Assembly: GCA_044892525.1 (NCBI GenBank)
Contig: CM097885.1
Span: 33,172,001-33,236,000, forward strand
Reading direction: 5' to 3'
Origin: Schmidtea polychroa
Taxonomy: Eukaryota
DNA: 64,000 bases
The notes beneath the pieces were generated by a model. It was not told where the DNA came from. It ran no database searches and saw only the letters and a list, made by a program, of their open reading frames with translations. Shown here piece by piece: positions 26,225 to 35,167 of this stretch. The position numbers and the translations under genes are program-made. How positions within the stretch are numbered: the first letter of the stretch is position 1; each line of letters starts with the position of its first letter.

Positions 26225-27234
26225 TTAAAAAAATAAGACTTTATTCTTCTGAGCACCATCTGGTACCAATACTCGGATATCAAAAGAAACTCTTATTGAG
26301 AGGATGTCTTTATACAATTCTCTCAATGCTTTACGAACTTCATCAACATCAACCTTTTTTTCATAAAATATTAAATCTATATATTGTACAAGTGAACTAG
26401 AAAAATGAATATTCTTACTTTTAACTTTATGTAGTCCATGTGAATGAGTATTAACATACCAATCTCCGTGTGGTAAATCATAACTAGTCATTATAACATC
26501 ACCCTTTTCAAGCTTACTATTATAATCACATTTCACAAACCATTTCATTCTTTCATTATCATCATCAAACAAAAAGAAATAAGGATCAATAATTTTTACA
26601 ACCATAAAAACACCCCATTCTTTACTGTTTGTTGTTATTAAACTTGGTTCTATAAAATGTTTATATGTATTGGGTAATAATGTTTTATTCTGTTCTAATT
26701 AGCAGCTCTTTTTCTAATACTATGTGTGGTGTTATTGTGTGTTCCATGAGACTCTAAATTTGAAATTCTTTTATTAAATGATGTAATCATCTCATTTATT
26801 ATATTATATATTGCATTAAATTTAGTATTCATAATTTGTTTATCTTTAGAATTTAATATAGCAGTATTTAACTTTACAACTTGTTCAGTTAACAGACTTT
26901 GTAACTTGTCAAATTTATCATTAAATCGTTGTTCGATATTATTAAGCTTTGATTCCATTGAATCAATTTTTGTTGTTAATGAACTTTCAATTCTTGTTGT
27001 TGTTAAATCAGTATATTTTTTAACACCATCTACATATTTCTTATTAACTGCATCAGCTTCATCAGTTGGAAAAGATAATTCTTTTATCTTGTGTCCATTT
27101 AAAATTAAATCACCCTTCATTGAATCACCTCTTTCATTAATATATTTATTTTCTGTTTAAGTTAATATTTCTTCTGTATTAAACCCTGTTTTTATTGTTC
27201 CACCACCTCTATTACATGGAATATAAGAACTCAT
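26225..27234 (-). pseudogene. Putative fibre/spike-like protein (one in-frame stop near 27158, one frameshift near 26700)
   Basis: ATG at 27234; YINERGDSMKGDLILNGHKIKEL..P....DAVNKKYVD fibre-type repeat, then coiled coil; a shifted frame (LEQNKTLLPN...EWGVF) runs into ORF 26225-26605. Confidence 0.55.
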
Positions 27235-27274
27235 TTATTAATAATTTAAAATGGACGGAGTCCCCTGAGAGGAA

Positions 27275-28039
27275 CTAAACCTGTTTCAAATGTAAATACA
27301 TTGAAATCTCTTCTCCATTAAAATCAATCAATTCTCCTTCTTGATTAAGAATTTTAAAATTAATATCCATTATATATTTTCTACATAAAGGTAAATAATT
27401 TGGAGGATTCATTCTTTCAACTATTTTATATCCCATAGGAACTGTGTTTGAGGGAAAGGAATATAAAACATTTGTTTGTTTACCATTATTATAAGAACCT
27501 GTTATACAATCGCAATGAATATTTATTGTGTTTGTATTTATTATTTTTATAATATGTTCTGATGTTATTATTTTATCTTCTTTTATTGTTATATCCATAG
27601 GTTTAAATCCTAAAACTGTGTGAAAGAAACAATTATCTAAAAAACTAATTTTTATATTCTTCAAAGTCATTACACATTTTGAAGTTGGTATATCCATTTT
27701 AATTTTAATACCTTCATTTGTTTTTTTAGAAAGTATATCATTTAAATCTTTTATCTCATATGCCCCAGGTTCTATTGTTATAATTTCTGGTTTATGCCCA
27801 TCACGAGTTTGAATAGTAAATTTATTATTATCTTTAGTTATATTAAAAATAGTATTATAAGCACAAAACCATAATAGCCCCAATTCATAATTTAAATTTT
27901 GATCTAATTTAATTGAATCTTGAAAGTTTATAGTAAACTCTGATTCTTTTGAATTTATAGATAAAGTTCTTGAATATTTATCTGACATTATGTTTACCAT
28001 TTTTTTTAAATTATCTTCCGGAGGGTTGTGAAGCTCCAT
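27275..28039 (-). CDS. Minor capsid protein (penton, single jelly roll)
   Basis: INIHCDCITGSYNNG...VLYSF...YLPL...ILNQEGELIDFNGE...LHLK pattern of Polinton mCP; 254 aa. Confidence 0.85.
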   Translation of the reverse strand: MELHNPPEDNLKKMVNIMSDKYSRTLSINSKESEFTINFQDSIKLDQNLNYELGLLWFCAYNTIFNITKDNNKFTIQTRDGHKPEIITIEPGAYEIKDLNDILSKKTNEGIKIKMDIPTSKCVMTLKNIKISFLDNCFFHTVLGFKPMDITIKEDKIITSEHIIKIINTNTINIHCDCITGSYNNGKQTNVLYSFPSNTVPMGYKIVERMNPPNYLPLCRKYIMDINFKILNQEGELIDFNGEEISMYLHLKQV

Positions 28040-28087
28040 TTCTTTAGTAGTAAATTCATATAGTAAAAATCCTTATAGTAAAAATCC

Positions 28088-28552
28088 TTATAGTAGAGAT
28101 TCTAGATCATTATAAATTTCTTGAATTATAGATTTAAAATCCTGCGTATGCCCCTTTCCCTCTCCCTTATTCAATCTATACAAAACATATAAACTTAAAA
28201 TACCACATATTTTAGTATTCAAAGGTTGAACTTGTAAAGAGTTAAAAGTATAACCATTTGGGGAATCAATCGGAGAACCCCTCAAGAGATAATCTTCAAC
28301 TTCTTTAGTAGGTTTAATCCCAAAAGAATCAAAGTAGATAGATTTCTTATATATACAAACCCAATGAGATCCTTTTTTATTTGAATTTTGATAATTGATT
28401 ATTATATTCAGGGGACTCTCCAGACTTGATAATTCATCATTCATTAATATTTTAATTTTTAAATTTAAATAATTTGCATAATCTTTTAAATCAAAATTTG
28501 TTTTTGCATTTATTCCAAATGTTTTTAAAAAATCTAATATTGAAGGAGTCAT
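28088..28552 (-). CDS. Adenain-like cysteine (maturation) protease
   Basis: GSHWVC, YFDSFG, Q...ICG catalytic H/D/Q/C. Confidence 0.9.
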   Translation of the reverse strand: MTPSILDFLKTFGINAKTNFDLKDYANYLNLKIKILMNDELSSLESPLNIIINYQNSNKKGSHWVCIYKKSIYFDSFGIKPTKEVEDYLLRGSPIDSPNGYTFNSLQVQPLNTKICGILSLYVLYRLNKGEGKGHTQDFKSIIQEIYNDLESLL

Positions 28553-28574
28553 TTTGTATTTTAAAACTTCGTAT

Positions 28575-29489
28575 TTATAACTTCGTATACTTATTAAATT
28601 TATCTTTTGAAATTATTCCTTGTTTTAACAAATCTTTAGAAATCTTTAAAATATCAGAATCTAAATTATTATGTCCTGCTTTCCTTGCAGCTAATAGTTT
28701 TCTTAATTCAATAAAAAGATTGATGGGATTTGGTTTACCACCTTCACTAATTAATCCCTCTCCCTCTGTAACAACATAACCCTTTTCATTTTTATTTAAA
28801 TAATTCTTTAAATCTTGAATATATTTTGCTTTAGAACTAGCTCTTATTAATCTTATTAAATTTAAATATTTTTTAATTTCTTCAACATCATCTGAAGAAT
28901 ATCCACAAAGTAATCTATAAAAATCATCTGTAAATTCAAAGTCTAAATATTCATTATTATAAACATTTTGTGAATGAATACGTGATTTATTTTCTGAATT
29001 TGAATATAAAGTAAAGTTTTGTTTATTAATTGTTATTATTTGATATCCTTCAGTATTAGTATTAAATGTGGGTCTAATTGAAGGAGGTAAATCATCTCTA
29101 ATTTTAGGATCAACTTTAAGAGGTTTTGTTTTTAAAAACATTTCTTCTTCTTCCACATTAGAAATTCTTCTGCGTTTTCTTTGATTTCTTTCAGGATGGT
29201 TTTCACTGGATTCTTTTTCTTTATCCTGCCACTCTAGTTCTTTTATTTTTTGTTTTTTATCTTCTAACTCTTTAAATTTTGCTTGCTCATTGAAATCTTC
29301 CAACTCTTTTATAGCTTTAATTGTTGGCCCCTGTTGTTGTGTTATTACCTCATTTAATATTATAGATTCAGCATGTTGAGTTGTATCTTTTTTATTATAT
29401 TTATCTTGTTCTGATTGTAATTTTTTTAAAAGTGCTAATCTTTCTTCATATACCATTTTAATGGTATCAAAAATGGTATCATAGTTCAA
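28575..29489 (-). CDS. Conserved-type Polinton hypothetical protein
   Basis: 304-aa ORF with coiled coil, NLS-like RKRRR, GEGL motif and C-terminal LLAARKAGHNN..DI...L motif recalled from Polinton ORFs. Confidence 0.6.
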   Translation of the reverse strand: MNYDTIFDTIKMVYEERLALLKKLQSEQDKYNKKDTTQHAESIILNEVITQQQGPTIKAIKELEDFNEQAKFKELEDKKQKIKELEWQDKEKESSENHPERNQRKRRRISNVEEEEMFLKTKPLKVDPKIRDDLPPSIRPTFNTNTEGYQIITINKQNFTLYSNSENKSRIHSQNVYNNEYLDFEFTDDFYRLLCGYSSDDVEEIKKYLNLIRLIRASSKAKYIQDLKNYLNKNEKGYVVTEGEGLISEGGKPNPINLFIELRKLLAARKAGHNNLDSDILKISKDLLKQGIISKDKFNKYTKL

Positions 29490-29564
29490 AGGGCTTCAAG
29501 TATAATCCTTTACCATTTTTAGTTTTACAAAGGCATCCATTCTTTAAAGATTTACATATTTTTT

Positions 29565-29957
29565 TTAAATCTTCTTTATCTTTTGCCGACTCCCCTCATA
29601 TGGATTAAGATAGAGACCCTTTCCAACGGACACTCCCCCTTTAGCTTGCCCTACCTTCTTCATTGAATCGATTTCAGTTTGTAGTTTTTCTTTTTCTAGG
29701 TCTGTCTTTTGAGATTCTTTAGCTTTTTGAACTGTAGTTGCAATTCCTCCAGCTATTCCAGCAGCACCTGATAAACCAGCAATGATTGCAGGTATTAAAG
29801 CAGCTAATGGAAGAATGCCACCTTCTTTAGCTTCGTGGAGCTTCGCTCTAACTTGTTCTTTTATATGTTTTCCAATAAAATATTTTTTACCATCAATTAC
29901 TACTGATTTATTTTTATTTGAATTTATTAATTCTTGTAAAGATTCTTCAGTTGTCAT
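29565..29957 (-). CDS. Putative virion core protein, adenovirus pX-like
   Basis: EGGILPLAALIPAIIAGLSGAAGIAGGIA resembles adenovirus pX GGFLPALIPIIAAAIG; GKGLYL motif; ATG at 29957. Confidence 0.6.
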   Translation of the reverse strand: MTTEESLQELINSNKNKSVVIDGKKYFIGKHIKEQVRAKLHEAKEGGILPLAALIPAIIAGLSGAAGIAGGIATTVQKAKESQKTDLEKEKLQTEIDSMKKVGQAKGGVSVGKGLYLNPYEGSRQKIKKI

Positions 29958-29973
29958 TTTATAATAAATAAAA

Positions 29974-30755
29974 ATGGATACTTGGAAACCAATTTTAAAT
30001 AGACATAAGAGTAAATTCAATAATAAAGTATTTCCTGATAATTTTAGATTATTAATTGTTGGTTCTTCTGGATGTGGAAAGAATGTACTTGTTTTGAGAA
30101 TGTTACTTGAAGATGATTTTTTAGATTATAATAATTTAATCTTTTATTCTACAACCATAAATCAACCAGAATTACAACTTTTGAAATGTGGATTTGAAAA
30201 TAAATTAACTAAAAAAGCAATAATTGATATTTTTAAAAATCAACATAGGTGTCCTGAAGAAGTTTTTCAACTTTGTGATATGGTTGATTGGTATAAGGAA
30301 AAGATTTTAGAATCAGATATTAGTAATAAAAATGATTATATTTGTGAAGAAGGGCAGGAGGCAATTCAAGTTTTATTCTCTAATAAACCTGAAGATGTTT
30401 TACATTGTGATTTACTTCCTAAAGATAAAAAGAATCTAGTTATATTTGATGATGTTGTTAATATGAAAAATCAAGAGATTCAAAAGAGTTACTTTACACG
30501 AGGTCGACATAATAATTGTAATGTTATTTATATATCTCAAACATATTATGCTTTAGATAAAAATTCAATAAGAAATAATTCCAATTGTTTTATATTTTTT
30601 AAATTAGATCGCCGTGATAAGAATATGATTTATTTTCAAATGTTGAACCTGATAAGAATATGTTTGATATGTTTGTTGATAATCATTGGAAAGAAAAATA
30701 TAATTATATTTATTTGGATAGAGAAGAAGCTGAAATATGGAAAAGTTTGTTTTAG
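29974..30755 (+). CDS. A32/FtsK-HerA-like DNA packaging ATPase; frameshift near 30635
   Basis: Walker A GSSGCGKN, Walker B LVIFDD, RGRH..CNVIYISQ; shifted frame gives ...HWKEKYNYIYLD... ending at TAG 30755, which removes the overlap with the integrase. Confidence 0.88.
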
Positions 30756-30766
30756 GGCTTGTCGAC

Positions 30767-32152
30767 TTAAAAATCTGTTTTCTGTAGTTCATTATTATAA
30801 AATCTACCTAATATTTTTTCATTATTTAAATCAAAGATGCTATATGTTATTGGAGTTGTATAATTTATTTTATTTATAATAAAAATTTCATTTGTCCATT
30901 TTGCTGTGAATCCTTTTTCAAATTTATTTTTATATTTAAATATTCTTACTCGGTCACCAATTTTAAACTTTGGTTTTTCAATAACATCATTTTCAATATT
31001 TACCACTTTAATGGTTTCAGGCTTCATGGAAGCATTTAAAGGTGTTAATTTTATAGAACTATGTACATCATTATTATATTCATTTACAATCTTTTGTAAC
31101 AATTCATTGTTCCATTTTTGTTTTCCAATAGCAGTAAAATATTTCCACATTTTATTTTTTAATGTTCTATTTAATCTTTCAACTACGACTGCTTTTCCTT
31201 CGTTTTCTGTTGAATATAATTTAATATCATTTTCATTTAAAAACTTTGTAAAAACTTTGTTATAAAATTCTGTTCCTTTATCACACCATAAATATTTTGG
31301 GATTCTTTGATTTTCTTCAAATATATTTTCAAATGCTTCTGTAATAGAATATCCTGTTTTATTTTCTAAACACCTTGCAAAAGCAAATCTTGTATATAAA
31401 TCTATTACAGTTAAAATTATTTTATATTTTTCAGGGTCTGATGATTTGGGCATAAAGACTAAATCTGCAGACCATGTTTGATCTTTTTCATGTACTTGAA
31501 CTTTTAAATATTTTTTATTTTTTCTAAATTCATGGTGTAATTCCTTTGCATATTTTATTTCTGATTCTGTTGGGGTTTGTAAACTAGTCTTGGCTGTACT
31601 CTCGAGGGATCTTTCAATCTCTGCTTGTTCGATAATCTTTTTATAAGCAACATCTTTTGCTATTCTAGGAAGTCTTGCACCCATGGTGATCGGACTGTGT
31701 CCTAAGCCTATGAAAATCTTACCTTTCATTGCTAATTTAACTAGAGCTCTTTGAATCTTTTCTTGGGTTGATGGATTTTGGATACTATTTAAATCATGTA
31801 TTAAATTCACATCTGCAACATGTCTATCTCTAAGATTTGTTGAATTGTATGCAATGTCATGTTTTAAAGCTGCTTGATCAATTCTATTTATTTGTTCTTC
31901 TCCTTGTTTGGGATTATTATTTTCATCTAATCTAATATCTAATCTTGTTCCTGGTCCGGTGTAGTTGTGTTTAAATAAATGTCTTTCACCTGGATATTTT
32001 TCTGTAGTAAAAGGTTTTAATATTGAAGATGTTGTTTTTGAAGATTGTAGATCGCCTCCTGTATGTTTTTTAGTTTTTAAATGACTTGCTTTATGATGTC
32101 TTGTAACTTGACAATTACAAGTTTCACATCTCCAATATTTATTTAGAGACAT
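30767..32152 (-). CDS. int: Retroviral-like DDE integrase fused to an N-terminal Zn finger and a parvovirus-type PLA2 domain
   Basis: WSADL, WCDKGTEF, VERLNRTLK (D,D,E); C-terminal KFKIGDRVRI..KG...W; N-terminal NYTGPG...IDQAALKHDIAY...AD. Confidence 0.92.
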   Translation of the reverse strand: MSLNKYWRCETCNCQVTRHHKASHLKTKKHTGGDLQSSKTTSSILKPFTTEKYPGERHLFKHNYTGPGTRLDIRLDENNNPKQGEEQINRIDQAALKHDIAYNSTNLRDRHVADVNLIHDLNSIQNPSTQEKIQRALVKLAMKGKIFIGLGHSPITMGARLPRIAKDVAYKKIIEQAEIERSLESTAKTSLQTPTESEIKYAKELHHEFRKNKKYLKVQVHEKDQTWSADLVFMPKSSDPEKYKIILTVIDLYTRFAFARCLENKTGYSITEAFENIFEENQRIPKYLWCDKGTEFYNKVFTKFLNENDIKLYSTENEGKAVVVERLNRTLKNKMWKYFTAIGKQKWNNELLQKIVNEYNNDVHSSIKLTPLNASMKPETIKVVNIENDVIEKPKFKIGDRVRIFKYKNKFEKGFTAKWTNEIFIINKINYTTPITYSIFDLNNEKILGRFYNNELQKTDF

Positions 32153-32181
32153 TTTAAAATGTTAAAATATCAGGGATTATA

Positions 32182-33472
32182 TTAAGAATCTCCCCTAACA
32201 TTTTCGATTATTGAAATCTTTCCACCATATAATTTCATTTCTATTTTCTTTTCTTCTAATATTAATGTATATACTTTAGCTTTAAAATTAGAATCCTTTG
32301 TTACATGAAGTGTAACATCAACATTATTTATGGCTAGGCGATCATCTTGGTCTGAAACATTTATACAAAATATAAAATATAAATTTTTGAAATCTTCTAA
32401 ACTTAATTGCGGTTCAACTTTGAAATCATAACATGTTTCAATATAATTTAGATATGGGAATATGTTTTCATTATTTTCAATATTAAATTCCATTCTATTT
32501 ATTGGATAATAAGAACTATTTAATTGAATTTGTATTGTTTTTAAATTATCATCTCCAATCTTTTGAATAAATAGATTGTTATTTTTTTGGAAAGATGAAT
32601 CTACTTCTTTGAATCCAATCAAGATATATCTTGGTCGGTATGCTAAATTTGCTACCTTTATAGAATATGTTGAACCCTCTGTCATACTAAATTCACTACA
32701 GATTCTATTTAAATAATTTGTTGGAATACTTGTTGGAATTTAATCTTTCAAGGAGTTTAATCTCAGAATGTGGGTTTAATGTCCATTCAGGTATATGTAA
32801 TTCAAGTGTTGATAATTTTAATTTAGCTTTTGTATCTACAGCTCCATAGAACAATCTTTTATCACCTTCTACTCTATTACAGATGAATTCTATAAAAACA
32901 TTATGAAGTATACGATTATAGTTTTGAAGGAATCCAAACAAGTGTTTTAATTCAAAATAACCTTCAAATTTTTTAGATTTATAAAGTTCAGCTCTTTTAT
33001 GGTAACCATGGTTTACATCTAAACCATCTTTATCTAAATCCCCTTTATTAACATCAGGTATCCAACCTGTTAATTCACCATATTCGTTTTTATAATCACA
33101 ACCAGTCAAAATAAAATTTAACATTGTAGAATATACTCCCGGATGCAAAACAGTTTCAATTTCTGATGATCCTAGTTTTAATCTCATGTTGGAGAATAAA
33201 TTTGGAAAGAAATTATTTTCTAGGGTTATATCTTTGTTTGCTTCAATTTCTAATTCTACTTTGTAATATAATTTGGCATTACAAATATCTATTGGGTTTG
33301 ATGTTTGAAGAGATTGAAAAACTATATCACCCCTACGATTTAAGTTTGCAATAGATCCTGAAGTTGGAGAGATTTTTAAAATATCATTTTTTTTAATTTC
33401 ATGAGTAAATTCTTTATTATAATCAAGATTTAATTTATTTTTTTCTTGAATTTTAAGATTTATATTATTCAT
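32182..33472 (-). CDS. Major capsid protein (double jelly roll), split by a frameshift near 32730
   Basis: ORFs of 255 and 167 aa join via shifted frame IPTNYLNRICSEFS to ~430 aa; LENNF..NLF, L..LFGF..Y.RI, PRYILIGF motifs. Confidence 0.8.
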
Positions 33473-33528
33473 TTTTATATATTAAAATTTACACACACAA
33501 AATAGGATTAATTAAATATATTATGTAA

Positions 33529-33610
33529 GCCATTATAGCGGAGTGGGAATAGGCTTCAATTTTATCACCGGGAGTACCGGGTTCAATTTTCGATTTTGGT
33601 CAATTTTTTT
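33529..33610 (+). ncRNA. tRNA-like Pol III cassette 1
   Basis: A-box TAGCGGAGTGG, degenerate B-box GGTTCAATT, partial acceptor stem, T7 terminator. Confidence 0.4.
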
Positions 33611-33762
33611 CGATATTTTGTTTTCAACGGAATCTGATTCAGCGTACTGATTTTAGTATATATTTAAATTTTCAGATCGATCTGAGTGGTAGTTGTCGAG
33701 AAAATGAATAATTAATTATTAATTTCATCAATAAATAGTCACACATTAACAACTTATTTTAT

Positions 33763-33845
33763 ATTGAGTATAGCTTAGTGGTAATAGCACTCGACTGCAT
33801 TGCCAATACCAATGGGTTCAAATCCCATTTCGGTCATTTGTTTTC
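33763..33845 (+). ncRNA. tRNA-like Pol III cassette 2 (5' half resembles tRNA-Cys)
   Basis: A-box TAGCTTAGTGG, D-stem, GACTGCA, perfect T-arm ATGGG-TTCAAAT-CCCAT, T-runs downstream; anticodon stem does not pair. Confidence 0.55.
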
Positions 33846-34001
33846 AAATTTTTTTTAACGAAATATTGATCAGCATACTCGATTTAGTACTTGTACAAAT
33901 TTTTAAGGAGATTGGTCAACGGCAACTCTTGGAAATTTAAGATCAAAAACGTTTTAACTACCAAAAATTAATATATCCAATAAAAAAAAATATTTATAAA
34001 A

Positions 34002-34298
34002 ATGGATGAGTTAAAAGAAAGAATGAGAAATGAATTGAATGAAGTTAAACATAAGAGAATGAAAAGAAGAGAAGAAGAACCATTAGAATACATCAAAGAG
34101 TTGATGGTAGATAATGAAAAGTATCGACATTTTTATATGAAGGCTGTAGATGTTGCTGATATAAGATTGAAGAAAATGAAACAATTACAGGAAAGAGTTA
34201 AAGAACTTGAATCGATTATTTATAGTCTAAAAAATGACAAAAATTCAAACCTTGATGGCGCAGTGGGAATAGACTGGCACAGTGGTTCAAATGGATAG
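34002..34298 (+). CDS. Small coiled-coil hypothetical protein, 98 aa
   Basis: ATG in an AAAATG context like other genes of the element; charged helical sequence. Confidence 0.5.
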   Translation: MDELKERMRNELNEVKHKRMKRREEEPLEYIKELMVDNEKYRHFYMKAVDVADIRLKKMKQLQERVKELESIIYSLKNDKNSNLDGAVGIDWHSGSNG

Positions 34299-34331
34299 TG
34301 GTTCAAATCACATCTGAGGTTAGTTTTTTTT
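34248..34331 (+). ncRNA. tRNA-like Pol III cassette 3
   Basis: A-box TGGCGCAGTGG, B-box GGTTCAAATC, acceptor-like stem AACCTT/GAGGTT, T8 terminator. Confidence 0.5.
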
Positions 34332-34494
34332 CAACATAAAATAATATTAAAAATTTGAAAATAATATTGAAAATAGTGTGGGTATCTTATATTTATAAAG
34401 TACTTGTATATTTTATTTTATTTATTTTATTTTATTTTATTTTTTTATTAATTAATTATTTTTTAAACATAAATATGAAAAAAAAATATTGAAA

Positions 34495-34578
34495 CGGGTG
34501 ATGGTGGCGAACCGGTAATTATCGCCACCTGTCTTTCGAACACCCCCGGATCGATTCCGGTAATGTGCACATTTATTT
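34495..34578 (+). ncRNA. Structured Pol III-like cassette 4
   Basis: Hairpin GGTGGCGA...TCGCCACC containing A-box-like TGGCGAACCGG; T-arm-like CCGGA-TCGAT-TCCGG with B-box GATCGATTC. Confidence 0.35.
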
Positions 34579-34856
34579 CTCAGTTGTTTTCGGACCTCTT
34601 TCGGATTCGCTTTCGAATTCATTTGTACTTTCGAGCAGCACACTTAAAACGCCGATGAAATCGTATTCGAGCGAGAAGCGAATAATAAGGTGTGCTGCTA
34701 TTATCGAATTGATTCTGATGTATGAGTCTGGCCAGCTTGTATATTGGAAGAGATTCGATAAACGAAAGAGGTTGATTAAAAAAAAAATGTCCTCTCAGAG
34801 CAGTTTTACTATTTCATAAAATTTTTTATTTTTAAAACTTTCAAAACCTTAAGGTA

Positions 34857-35167
34857 ATCAGGCGACCTAGATCATTATGAATTAGGTAATCTGATATTCT
34901 TATAACATTAAATCCTTAAGACCAAGTAGTAGGGAATCTATGCACCCCGTTACCTTTTCTCGGAATTACTAATCTATAAATACATCTATTCCGAACTTTT
35001 TTACTTTTAAGGGAAGAAATTAAGGGTTAATGGCAATAGGGGACAAAGTTTAAAAGTTAAAAAAAGTGAAGAATATGGGGTAAAAAAGCATATAAATGTG
35101 GAAAATATGGGTCAATAGCGCTGTTTTTTTTGAGGGTGGGGGTGCTGGGGTGCATAGATTCCTCACT
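34857..35167 (-). repeat. Right TIR of the inner Polinton
   Basis: Reverse complement of 20149-20476. Confidence 0.9.

Larger units (their letters stand above)
20146..35167. mobile_element. Full-length Polinton/Maverick (adintovirus-like endogenous virus), 15,022 bp, nested in the outer element's pPolB
   Basis: TIRs of ~310-330 bp starting AGT; 6-bp TSD CGGAAG at 20140-20145 and 35168-35173; empty site visible in the right arm at ~42564-42569; encodes pPolB, INT, ATPase, PRO, MCP and mCP. Confidence 0.96.

Noticed and set aside
30636..30879. Hydrophobic C-terminal extension of the ATPase overlapping the integrase
   Set aside because: Result of a frameshift; the alternative frame gives a typical ending at 30755
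33763..33836. Functional tRNA-Cys(GCA)
   Set aside because: Anticodon stem cannot pair and the acceptor stem is weak; kept only as a tRNA-like cassette
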